A DNA stretch of 64,000 nucleotides from Octopus vulgaris (lineage: Eukaryota). This document shows positions 13,740 through 25,813 of the stretch, one piece after another. Both the position numbers and the translations under genes were made by a program. The notes beneath the pieces are model-generated. The model did not search any database. It worked only from the letters and a program-made list of their open reading frames with translations, and was not told the origin of the DNA. Where the stretch lies: positions 30,008,001-30,072,000 of the forward strand of contig OX597818.1 in NCBI GenBank assembly GCA_951406725.2. Direction: 5' to 3'. Within the stretch, counting starts at the first letter, position 1, and each line of letters begins with the position of its first letter.

Positions 13740-14582
13740 AGGGAGTACCCAAAAGAAACTAGAATTTTGCAGTATTATTTTATTCACTAAGATTTATATG
13801 CTTACTCTTTTATCACCTTCAAAATATTCTCTATTTGAAGCAATACGCATTTTCTACCATTCAAAGTAGTGCTGGAACTCTTGAGAAGTGATGCCTTCTA
13901 ATGCCTATGTCGTTTTTTCTTCACCTCTGCCACATCTGAAAATTCCATAGTGCCAACTTTCATCACCAGCAATGACTTTTGACAAAAAGGGCTGGATCAA
14001 CTTCCAACTGTTCTTTCCGTTCGCAACATGCATGTAGTTGTGACTGCTTTTGATCTTCTGTGAACAAGCAAAGCACAAATTTTGTTGCTCTTTTTATTTG
14101 CAATTCCTCACTCAAAATTCGTTGGCAGGAGCTCCAAACACATCAGTCATATCAACAAGTTTGTCAGTTGTTTGGTGACAATCCTCCAAGGTCAGTTCAT
14201 GAATTTTCATGATGTTTTCATTCATTCAGGAGGTTGATGCTCATCCTGAATGAGGTTGGTCTTCAAGCGACAAGTAACCATTCCTAAAGTGTGGAAACCA
14301 CTCATTAACTTGTGTTTTGTTCATGGCAGCATCCATGTAAGCTGTTTGGAGCCTGACAACTGTTTCAGCTGCCGTTTTTCCCCAGCAGAAAACAAAATTT
14401 CATGGAAGCACACTGTTCCGTTATTACAGCCATCACAAAAGTCAATGAACAGAGGAGAAATGAACAGAGGAGAAACACCACAAAGCAGAGACACACCATG
14501 TGGCTTCTAGTGGTAGAAGCATGAACTATTACGGGCTTGTCCCACAGTGAAGTCTTCCAGTTATTTTTGGGTATTCCCTTGT
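13737..14582 (-). mobile_element. Decayed mariner-like DNA transposon
   Basis: Terminal inverted repeats gagggagtacccaaaagaaactagaa / cttccagttatttttgggtattcccttg next to TA; remnants of a mariner HTH (CASMKFCFLLGK). Confidence 0.7.
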
Positions 14583-14974
14583 ATATGTATGTATAAATAT
14601 TTAATTTTTTATTCATTTTATTTCAGTTGCAAGGTAATAAAAATGAATATTTTCATAACACATGAGTATGTGTTATAGAGGAATAAATGCAGTAAATGTC
14701 CAAGCACATTTTGAGTGACTTGATGACGCTGAGATTAATAAATTAGGGGTGTACTTTGCATTGTATTTGGGGAACTGGAAATATACAAGGTATACCTTAT
14801 GCCAGCAATACAGAATTTTAGCTTTGGAATTCAAGTGTAATCAAAGAACATTGGACAAATGTTAACAGATATCTTTTTATTTTGTATAATCGATTAAATT
14901 CAAAAAGACTAGTGCTATTCTATATACTGTATACTTTATTCTACATTTCTATTACCAAAATTCATTGCTTAGCA

Positions 14975-15162
14975 CAGTGGTTTTCAACCAGGGTTCCGCC
15001 AGTACAGTCCAGGGGTTCCGCAAGAGGTTACAAAATTGTTAAAATCGCAGTAATTTTTAATTCGCCTGTGCAGATATGTGTGCATAAGACTATTAAATTA
15101 TCTATTAGCCAGTGGAATGTTTCCTTGGGGTTCCGCTCTAGCAAAAAGTTTGAAAAGCACAG
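14975..15162. mobile_element. hAT (Charlie-like) MITE
   Basis: TIRs cagtggttttcaacc / gtttgaaaagcacag; near-perfect 8-bp TSD gcttagca (14967-74) / gtttagca (15163-70); absent at the paralogous site near 46770. Confidence 0.8.
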
Positions 15163-15283
15163 GTTTAGCATAATCAATAGTTTATGGACAAACTGTATGA
15201 GTGTGTCTGTATGTGGGTTGTGTGTTAGCAGACAAAATTTTATGTAAGATCTATTAAGCAGCTCTGTCTATGATCAAAACTTG

Positions 15284-16254
15284 TTAGACTAATCTCCCTT
15301 CATTTAGCAAATCTGACCTTCGTATACTCCACATAATCAAGTAGATAATTGCCTAAATGCATGCAATCTCAAAAATGGATGCAAGAATAATTATTATTTT
15401 CTTGCGAAGATAGATTTTCAGTTCATCAAATTTATTACTGCTACTCTCAGTGGTGGAATAAGATATGATATTAACCCTTCCTGATGGGTAAACAGTAAAA
15501 CCATTGCTTGGGTTAGTAACTTGATTTGCTACAGGTGTTGTCTTAGCCTGTTTCAGTCCATTTCTGGCTATTATTAAACAAAGTTGTTGGTTGTATATTG
15601 TTAATTGTAGATGCTATAAACGATTAGTGCATAGGAGTATTGGTATTAAACATCTTTGTACTGTTCTTTATAATGTCCAATATTGAAACTGTTGAAATAT
15701 CTTTACCAGGATGGAAAGTCACAAATAATTTTGAAATGGTTTTGCTTAAAAGATATTCCATTGTTGTACTCATTATTGAGCTTGGGAGGTTTGTGCCTTT
15801 TGTTGATGTCCTTGGTGAAAGGGTTGTTTTGATGGTTGGTGTAGTTAGTATTGTAGTTGTTGTTAGTTCTGGTTTAGTAGTGGCTGGTAATGTTGCAGTT
15901 ATAGTTGTTAGGGGTGTGGTTGTAATTTGTGGTGGTGTGGTTGTGGTGGTAGTTGTTGGAGGTGTGGTTGCAGTGGTTGTTGTTAGGGGTGTGATTGTAG
16001 TTTGTGGAATAAGGGTAGTGGTAGTGGTGGTGGTAGTCACTGGTGCTGTGGTTGCAGTTGAAGTTTGTGCTGGTGTGGCTGAGGGTTGTGGGGTAGTTGT
16101 AGTTAGTGTAGATGTAGTTGTTGGTGAAGTGGTGGTGGTCGGTGGGGATGTGGTTGTAATTAGTGTTGTTGGTGCCCGTGTGTTTGTGGTTGTATAGTTG
16201 GTGGCAGTGTGTATGGAATCGTTGGACAAGAATATTCTGTTTGGCGCCCATGTT
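15284..16254 (-). pseudogene. MAM-mucin-TM gene copy A, terminal exon (Thr/Pro stalk and TM), disabled
   Basis: Acceptor ttcag at 16255; compared with copy B it has a frameshift near 16195, AAA>TAA at 15624, a +1 frameshift near 15565 and a TAG inside the TM-coding region. Confidence 0.75.
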
Positions 16255-16388
16255 CTGAAACAAAAACAGAAATTAAAATTAAATTCAATTCTATGAATGA
16301 AAATGGGAATAATCTCTGTCCCTTATAACGTCATATTCGTTATAGTCATTATCTCTTACAATTTTCTCTCTTATATGGTGGATTTCAC

Positions 16389-16458
16389 CTGTGGGCTCAG
16401 GAACTATATGTAGGGGTGGATGTCTATGTAAGATAAGAATAACAGTCTCATCCACAGA
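16389..16458 (-). CDS. Copy A small exon 4 candidate (70 nt, frame-breaking)
   Basis: tttcag/gtgaaa boundaries, conserved in copy B (48032-48099); after the phase-1 exon 3 it reads VCG*. Confidence 0.4.
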
Positions 16459-16608
16459 CTGAAATAGAAACCAAAGTTAATAAATCAATCGGTAAGGCTA
16501 GCAGAGTGGATCATTGGACTCTGGTCTGTAACATGAAAAAGTAGCACACAACCCCTAAAGAAAAAGAATCATTTGATGTTACAAAGAGACAAGAATTGTA
16601 AACACTCT

Positions 16609-16698
<90 letters not shown>

Positions 16699-16959
16699 GT
16701 CCAGTGATAGCATAGCTAGTCAAAACTTCAAAGTTACTCTCAATACTATTCTTGTTAAAGAATAATAAATTTGTACTCTACCAAATGTATTGAGTAATCC
16801 TTCAATTAAATGTAAAATTGATTTTGTTACAACATAAAAGCAAACATCACACACATACACACACACACACAAAGTTTTTTTGTATTTCAAATTTTAATTA
16901 ATAGCCCAAACAAAATATATATATATATATACACACAAAAAGTGTTTATTCCTCAGAGT

Positions 16960-17910
16960 ATATTGCATATATTGAGCCAGAAGCTCAAGTCCACACTTAC
17001 ACCTTTTGGCTGGTTTAGAAGCAAATAATTCCCTGCACCAATTTTCAACCTCATCCACATTGTTGCACCTCTGCAGTGCAGGAAATGAACCATGATTCAG
17101 GATATGTGGCAATATGATGGTGCAAGGTCTGGACTGTAGGTAGGATGAGGCAGCACTTCCAGCCTCTCAAGCTTCTCAAGTTTGTACTTGGTCACAGTGG
17201 CTCTGCTGTAGGAGTGTATGTCTTCAACTGACCAATGCTGGGTAGCAGGCTTTCAAGGTATCTCATTGCTGCATTTGTTGAGTATAAAGGTTTTGTAGTC
17301 ACAGCAAGACCACCAGGGACAAGCTCAGATTAAAACACCCATTTTTGAAATCCCACCAAACACACATGGCCTTCTATTCAAACTGTGCTTGTTTGACAAC
17401 AGGTTCTGAACCCGGGTTAAAATGAAACCACTGATTTCTCATGTTACGATAACAAAAATAGATCTCTTTTTCATACCTAGTTCCAATTCACCAAAAACGA
17501 TCAACTCAAGGATTTGTCAGCAGTTGTTTGCAAATGTTCCCCTATTGTTGAGTCTGGTCACTGATCAGTTCATGAAAAACTTCTTGATGGCATTTGTTCA
17601 CAAGGCCAAGCTTATGGAGCTGTTGATTGATGGTGCTTTATGAAGGATCAAGTTCTGTTGATAATGTACAAGTGCTTATGCTTGGCCATTGTTCAGCCAT
17701 TTCTAGTAAGGCCTCATCTTTCACTACAGAATGTCTCCTTGACTGTGGTTTGTCTTCAAGGCTAGTGTCACCTTCCTCAAAGTGTTTGACCCAATTTTGT
17801 GCCACATTAAGGCTTGAGAACTGTTCATTAACAGTTCCCAGGTCTTCCACATCATTAATTTCTTTAACTGCTGCCCTTACACTCAGTCCTTTTTTTCCAC
17901 AGACAGGATA
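16960..17910 (-). mobile_element. Decayed mariner-like transposase remnant
   Basis: HTH-like AQNWVKHFEEGDTSLEDKPQSRR and downstream HLILQSRPCT/SDCHIS-like decayed catalytic region. Confidence 0.65.
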
Positions 17911-17924
17911 AAATGTAATGTTAT

Positions 17925-18480
17925 TATCAGTCCAAATATGCTTGATGCACGTTCAAACTGGGGAACAAGCTATTCATCAAGCTTTGTCACAGAGAATATA
18001 TCTTGCTTGTTGACAAATGGTGTGTACACACCAAGATCAGCTCACAGCTTCACCTAACTAGACAGTGAGATGCCAGCATTTTGGAGTATTTCTCTCCTCT
18101 TTGGTCACAGACACTAGGCAGATGATGCTATGAGCTGACTGATGAGATTGACTCTCTTATGCTTTTCCAGTCATCATATGGTGACTGGTAGTGCTATACA
18201 GTGGCTCACCATAAATAAATTATGGAGGGTGAGTGCAAAGCAGTGATAAGTAAAATTGCAATATTATTATCAGTCCGAATATGCTGGATGCACATTCAAA
18301 CTGGGGAACAAGCTACTCAATGCGTTTTGTCACGGAGAATATATCTCACTTGTTGACAAATGGTGTGTATACAACTAGATCAGCTCACAGTGCAACCTAT
18401 CTAGATTGTGAGTTGCTGGCATTTCGGAGTAGCTATCTCCTCTTTGGTCATAGGTACTATGTAGATAATGCTATGAGCTG
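17925..18480. repeat. Diverged ~215-bp direct repeat pair (17925-18140, 18262-18480)
   Basis: attatcagtcc...caaactggggaacaagcta...atgctatgagctg occurs twice; probably a DNA transposon remnant. Confidence 0.75.
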
Positions 18481-19169
18481 GTACATACATACATACATAC
18501 ATACATACATACATACACACTCAAAACCTCCCTACCTATCTACCTACCTACCTGCCTACCTACCTATCAGACATGAAACTATCAGTCAGTTGCCCATGTC
18601 AAATGAAAGCGCACTTGATACAAATAACAGAGTGGTCATATTTTTATATATATTTGAGTAGTATATTACTGATTATAGCATATAAATGGTCAGAATGATA
18701 CTATTAGTTTTGCATCAGCTATTACACTTGTGCAATATTGACAACTCTTTAGACACTCTAACTAGAATTGATGTTTGCCATGGGTGAAGCGTATAATTTA
18801 TGTTTGTCTAAGTGAGTGTGAATATACACACCTCATTCCCTAGTTCAAAAATGATCACACCACTAAAATGAACTTCTGTTTATGAGGGCAGCATTGGAAT
18901 ATTTCATTTTTTGAGTAGTGAAGCACCTGGTGTGTGCAAATCTTTCAGAATGATTCTCCTTTCTGCAAAGTAGGGCCTGCAATGTCAACATCCATTCAGC
19001 TATTGCCCAAGCCATTCCAGCAACTTCCATTTGATATTGCATGGCATTACTTTCTCTTTTAATTGCCATATAACATTAGACTTATTCTGGATTCTAAAAG
19101 AGAATCTGCACTTATTCTGCCTGGCTTTATAGGGACTCTCCAATACACTGACATGTTTTTGTATGTGAT

Positions 19170-19990
19170 GTGGTATCAAAAAGTTCCCCGATTTGTTTTG
19201 TTTAATAAAAAATAACTTATTTACCCAAGTTTTAGCATCACCTCCTTCGAAATAGTCACCTTGCACAGCAATACACCAGTCACAATGTTCTTATCATATT
19301 TGAAATTCAGCATGGAAGTTGTTTTCTGTAAGCAAGTTAAGGACCTGCGATTCACTCTTGATCTCAACAATAGTGTTAAAACAGCAACCTTTGAGCTGCA
19401 TTTTCCCCTTGGGGAAGAGATGGAAGACTGCAGGTGCTAAATCTGGTGAATAGTGCAGGTGTGGAAGTAATACAATGTTGTTTTTGTTTAGAAACTCATG
19501 AGTGAGGAGAGCTCTGTCACAGTATGCATTTGTCAGCATGAAGAATCCAATTCTTCACATTCCACAGATCCAGTTGCTTTCACTGAATGTTCTCCCTCAA
19601 ATGTTGCAAAATGTTGATGATTGTCCTCCAATGATCCTCTAGCATAAGCTGATGAATTTTCTCCACATTTCTGAGGGTGATGCTCATAGCTGGTTCTCCA
19701 GATTGCTCATCTGTTGGTGCACTACAGGTCATGCCATCTGTTGGTGAACTACAGAATTAGAAATCAACCAATTTGCAATCGTCACCAGTGGATATTCTTG
19801 ACTTGCAATGCAGGTACCATTTTCAACATTGTATCATATATATCTCAAACAATCCTCCTATTGGCCTGTTTCAACAGCATAAAATTTTTCACCCAGGGTG
19901 ATAAAAAACTTCACAGAAATATGTTGTTCTACCAAATCCTTTGTTATTCACCTTATAAAAAAAATTGCCAAAATTGCGCTAAACAGAAGT
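19170..19990 (-). mobile_element. Decayed mariner-like element
   Basis: HLHYSPDLAPAVFHLFPKGK and QGDYFEG motifs. Confidence 0.78.
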
Positions 19991-20527
19991 TCTCCTTAAC
20001 ATATATATTGAAAATTAACTAATGTCGAATGATGTTGCTATTATTAGACTGATAATGAAGATTACCTATGACCATTTGTGAGTATTGCGAGTATACTTCT
20101 TTAGTAGGTCTGTGCATTGTTTTTATAAATCTGGATTCTTATTAGATAGTTTTCACATACACGTATGCACACACACAGACACACACACACACACACACAT
20201 ACGTATGCATGAGCGAGCAGCTCTGAGAGCTTACTTGTAGTAGAAACAGTTGTAAGCTAATGAAGTTGATTCGTTACTTGATATATAACTTGATATCACT
20301 CTATACTGATATAAGTATTTACTATAAAGTACAAGTATAATGAATTCTAACTACTGGTTATCAGTGTCCTATACTTCATCTAAACCAATGTAGCTACACA
20401 TGGGTCATCGGTGATTTCTTCTTCTCTTTCATGCACTTCTTGTGCATGTCCTCGTGTTTGTTGTTTTTGTTTTTTATTCATTTATTTGAATTATTTGTTT
20501 ATTTGAATTAACTATATATATATATAT

Positions 20528-20700
20528 TATTGTCACTGCATGCTCAAAATGAGGAGTAGATAGACAGCCAACAACTGATGAAGGGTTGTTCTTTGTGCGA
20601 CTTGCCCTGTTTTCAACTTTTTTCTCTTGTTGTTTGCATATTTAACTCACTTGTTTTCGCACTTTATGTAGTTTACAGTTGGTGGTGTCCTGTACCCATA
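20528..20700 (+). mobile_element. (TA)n-inserted element, short copy with decayed permuted hammerhead
   Basis: Homologous to 21255-21430 and 30280-30460 (-); CTGATGA at 20575-81; ends gtcctgtaccca(ta)n. Confidence 0.65.
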
Positions 20701-20729
20701 TATATATATACACACACACACATATATAT

Positions 20730-21425
20730 TATTATTTAGTTGAACACCACACATCCATTTCCAAGTAAATTTATCTTAACCTTTTTGATGCAACTCTATT
20801 CTATACTGTTTTCTCCTCCATCCTTCTCTAATTCCCTTTTTCTCCCCTTCACTGTCTCCTATTTGTCTGTCTGTCTGTCTATCTGTCTGTCTGTCTCTCT
20901 CTCCCCCCTTCTTTCTCCTTTTCTCTCTCTTGTTGCTCACATGTGAACATCGTCCATCTTTCTTTTCCTCATGTGAACATCTTTCTTTTCCTCACGTGAA
21001 CATCTTTCTTTTGCTACATGACATTCTAAGGACTGGACATCTATCTCTCTCTTCTATTTCTTCTCTTTTCAAAGAAAATATTTCTTCCAGAGTTCAGTAT
21101 TTTCCCCCTCGTTCTGGTCTAATGACATTCCATGTTTGTTTCTGTTTGGTTTCCTTATATGTCTCTATTGTCCTGTTTATGTTCCCAACTTTGACCCTCC
21201 ATAAAATCTAAAATTTTTTTTGAAGTTATGGGAGCAACTGTCTTCGAAAACTCATATTCTCATTGGATGCTCAATATGAGGAGTAGATAGACAGCCAACA
21301 ACTGACAAAGAGTCATTCTTTGTGTTACTTGTCCTGTTTACAATTTTTTCTCTCTCGTTGTTTGCATATTTAACTTGCTTGTTTTTGTACTTCATGTTGT
21401 TCACAGTTTGTAACGTCCTGTAGCC

Positions 21426-21430
<5 letters not shown>
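20730..21430 (+). mobile_element. (TA)n-inserted element, long copy (possibly a Penelope-like 3' end or pLTR)
   Basis: Pyrimidine-rich body, decayed permuted hammerhead at 21251-21313, ends gtcctgtagcca(ta)n. Confidence 0.6.
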
Positions 21431-21456
<26 letters not shown>

Positions 21457-21498
21457 GGAAGAGAGAGAGAGAGAAAGACAGACTGGCAGGCAGGCAGG

Positions 21499-21541
<43 letters not shown>

Positions 21542-21573
21542 ATGGATAGATTGATAGATAGATAGATAGATAG

Positions 21574-21609
<36 letters not shown>

Positions 21610-22020
21610 TTGGATGTTCCTTTATATATTTGGATGTTCCTATTTGTTTCGTTTTGTTTTTTGCTGAAAGAGCATGCAGTGCAATAAATATTTATTTGAT
21701 TAGAAATTCATGACAGTTGAGGAAAATATATCTCTCTCCCCCTGTTTCTCATTCTCTCTCTCTCCAGCATGTCATTTTTACATCCGCATTTCAAAGTCAA
21801 CAACAGATGCAGAAATATATGAATTTAGATGTTTAAATAAATACTTAGAATTATTTTATAGTTGCATGCTCTAACTATACCAAAATGATACTAATACTTC
21901 CGTTACAACTTGGTAACAACAATACAGTTCAGTGCTTCAGCTAAAGTCTGAATTTGTAACCCATGTTTCGTAAGTTTATCTCTAACCTCTGAGTCTCACC
22001 ATATCAATTAAATTACTTAC

Positions 22021-22087
22021 CGTTCCATATTTTACCAATCGTAACATTAGCTTTGCCCAAAAACTCAGCTTCAATAATGATGTTATC
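22021..22087 (-). CDS. MAM-like gene copy A exon 3 (DNIIIEAEFLGKANVTIGKIWN)
   Basis: cctag/gtaagt boundaries, 67 nt, phase 0 to 1; three synonymous differences from copy B support the frame. Confidence 0.8.
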
Positions 22088-23094
22088 CTAGGACAGAATA
22101 AAAATAGAATGAGATTAAAAACTTTCAAAATAACATATTCCTATACTAGCAGGAATGGAGGCTTCAAAAATTATTTTGCCCCACACGTTTACTTAATTAA
22201 ACATTTAGTTGAGATCTTTATAACTATGTTGCTGTTATTTGTTCAGAAAATCTTCCAGAGGATTGTAAGTAATTGATCAAAGATTAATGAAGAAGACATC
22301 TCCAAAATTGAATTTTGTATATCCTAGGAATTTACTGTATCAAGTTTGTACAGTATAATAGAAGTGCTACATGTGTTAAGCATAGTTAGAACTTAAACCA
22401 GTTAGTTCAGAGAAGGAACTGTTTCTGTATCTTTTCGAACTTGTATATAAGAAATATAAAGAATTAAAACAGATTAATTATACAGGCAGTCCTGTCATGT
22501 GGTCAACTAGACATGTAGAAGACCAATCCAGTTATATGGTAGAATGTTACCCATAATATGCCTGTATGATTATATCATCTTATGTATTGTGCAAAGTTAT
22601 AATGTAATGCTCTACTTGCTTTGATAAAAAATACAAGTTAAAATGATACAGTGCTTATCAATTTGTATTGATTTTATGATTTGTAAAGTCTATGAATGTT
22701 ATGATGGTACTATAGGACGATTTTTGTTGTATGCTAGTATAATTGGCTTTACTAGTATACTTGGTTTTCCTGAAATGTTGTTGACCAAATATCAGCTTCC
22801 ATTACTTTGTATTTATGAATATGTTTTTTTTTCTTTGCTAAGTGGAGAGTAAATTATATAGTTAAATTAATTTTACTATATTCCAAGTAAAGAACATAAA
22901 ATTTTAACTTATATTATGTAAAATAGTAACTCTAACTTAAACATAATTTTTTATGTAGATATAATCTCTGAATAATTAACCACTCAGATGTATTTTTTAA
23001 CAAATAATAATGGTTAGGTTAATTCCCAATGAAGAATTTCTATTTGTCAAGTCTATTTATTTTGAGTTAGCAGAGAATTAAAGTAAAAGAATTC

Positions 23095-23360
23095 TAACCA
23101 ACCCAAACAAAGTCCTTTACCATTACCCTTAAACATTGCACCCAGAGCTAACCCTTTTATTCACCAGACTCTTCAGTCTCTCCCTCTCTACAAGGATCTG
23201 CCCTGATCTTTGTAAATATGCGACAATGTGCCTCATTCCCCATGAAAGCACCACCTACCAATTATTGCCTTATTATGGAGATAGCTGTTAACCACAACAT
23301 TTTTCAACACCTCTCCTTAGTGACCACCACTATGGTTTCCATAAAGTCAGACCCACCATG
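23095..23360 (+). mobile_element. Ancient CR1/Jockey-like RT remnant
   Basis: Decayed LFTRLFSLSLSTRICPDL...LLSDHHYGFHK pattern. Confidence 0.5.
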
Positions 23361-23815
23361 TGCTGGATGAAAGCATGCTTTGAGCTCTCAGTTGAAGACA
23401 TCAATGTTTAACATAGCCAAAAGTTTGCTTGAGAATAAATAATATTAGAGCTTGTGGAAACCTTATAAACAAGATTATCTAAGGTTAAAATACATGGAAA
23501 TATACCTTATAATAAAACTATTCAATACTGACTAATTTTCTCTATGTAATGTCTCTGCTATTTAATATTTTGAAACTACCTAAAGATTATATCATATTCA
23601 TTATCATTTTAATTCTGTCTGTCTTTTCTTGTTATATTTTAGTGTCACAGTCATGAATTTTGTATATTGGTTTATCTGCTAAAAACTTTACGGTTTGTAT
23701 TTTGTCATTAACACTCAATGGCTTCATCCATTTATCTGTAAGTTTATCTAAAAGTACAGTTTAATGATGTATTAATGATGTCTTGCATAACTGAAAATTT
23801 GCAGAGCTAACATAC

Positions 23816-25813
23816 GGATCTAGGACAATCCGACGTAAGGCATTTCACTGTAGGACTATTCGCCATAAGACAATTCACTGCACAGATATTTCACCACAAG
23901 GACATTTTGTATTGAAGTATAAGAAGGGAAGGATAAAAAAAAATTAAGAATAAAAATAATGTTAAACTAAAAAAACTAAGAAGCTAAAAATCATGTGAGT
24001 TCATTGCAATTGCATGCAAATAATGTTTGTTTTTGGTTTTGATCATAACCTCTGACAATGCTTAGTATACGCTTATAAACATCTTTGTATTTTTTCTTGG
24101 TTGCGGTTTCTCCTCTTGCTGCATTGTTTACCTTCTTTTTAGAAAGGGATTCTTCATTTCTCAAGACATTGAGAAGTTTCCATAAATTTGGATGAGTATT
24201 TGTAACAGATGTTTGCAGCACATTATGAAGACCTTCTACTCCATTGTTGGTGTTAGCCAACTGATTTATGTTTTTTTCATGAATATTTGAAAGACTAATG
24301 GGAAAAGTAGGAGGAACTCTATATCTGAGAGCTCCCCAACCTCTCTCCCCACCAATGTAATGTGTTTCAAAACATGCCACAAGTTCTTGTGGCAAGTCGT
24401 CATCATTCACAAGTGCTATAAATGCATCAATGGTGTCTGGAGGTGGGATAAATGCAAGTGCCATAAGGCACTTTAATTTTGTGTTAAAATCACAATCAGT
24501 TTGATATCGTACCTTAAGCCCATTATCTGTCGCCTTTCTGTAAACATTTTTACAGAAATGGAAAAAACAACCAGTTACATTTGCAGATAGAAGATTGTCA
24601 GAAAAACTTAGAAAACTAGCTTGTTCAAAATCAATCATTAGATTTTCTGGTCTTAGGGACTCAAGCAAATCTTTATCCTTTTGAAAAAAACCTATTGTAT
24701 GTATCAAGAGTCATATTCAGAAGGAGACCGAGAAACTGTAAATTCGTGGGATGCATGCATGTCCTATGTTGACATGTAGGGTATATAACTGATTATAAAT
24801 TTCAGGACGAACCTTAACTGTTCCAACTGGACATCGCATGTTCAATTCTTATGTATTTCTAGATCGTGCAACCCTGCAGTCATACTAAAAATCAACATTC
24901 TGTTTTCGTCTTCCACCCCACTATTGTAGAGTAAAAATATTTCTCTGTTCTGTAGACACATAAATTCTTCAGGAATTACACAACCAGTTCTTGATTTAGG
25001 TAGAGGAGGGACTTATTTGTCCTTTTGTCTCCATCTTCTAATGTTTCTTGATAAACTTGAAGTTGATGGCATAAGAGAGCATCCTTCATCCTCTACTTTC
25101 CCATATGCAGAACTAATCAAAGATCTTTTGAAGCTAACTGGGATTTAAGTGTATTTTCTTTCAGATTTGCTATTGCTTCTTGCATTTTTGGTTGGCTAGG
25201 ATTCGATGGATGTGTATGATTACTTACAATTTTACAAATAGAAATCACTTCACTATTTAGTTTTGTATGAACCCTTGCTTTACAGTTTGTATCAAACCAC
25301 TTCCAATGGACCTTGCCCCCACATTTTCTTTCTTGCCTATAAATAAAGTTAAAGTCGTCTACAAGCTTATCACAACCTCAGCTGCTTTTAATAGTGCACA
25401 CCATCATAAGGGTTTAAATTTCAAATTCTAAAGAAATATAATATAAATAGTATAAACTGTCTAGGTAACCTCTCAAAACAAGCTATTTGCTTTTGAATTT
25501 TCAAGATAAGCTTGTTATTTTTTAATAAATGTTAAATGACTTTTCTGCTTTTAAATTCTCATTGCAGCAAGTAATGATGCAGTTTCAAATTTAGACGACC
25601 TTTCTGTTTTCAAATTATCATTTCAGCAATTACCAAAAATGACTGCTGTAAATAATATTCCTTATTTAATTAACAACACAATCTCAAGTTTTTAAGCTAT
25701 ATGGCAAAATGTCTTTGCAGCGAAATATCCATATGGTGAATTGTCTTATCACAAAAAGTTCTGTGGCCAATTGTCCTACAGAGAATTTGTTTACGGAAAA
25801 TTGTCCAGTCACT
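23816..25813 (-). mobile_element. MULE DNA transposon, decayed
   Basis: TSD ctaacatac at 23807-15 and 25814-22; TIRs built of ~15-bp subrepeats; ORF 23991-24707 with IDFE, GCFFHF, TNNGVEGLHN; upstream CKARVHT...NHTH zinc finger. Confidence 0.88.

Noticed and set aside
15640-16197. Val-rich 185-aa + strand ORF
   Set aside because: Antisense shadow of the Thr/Pro mucin exon.
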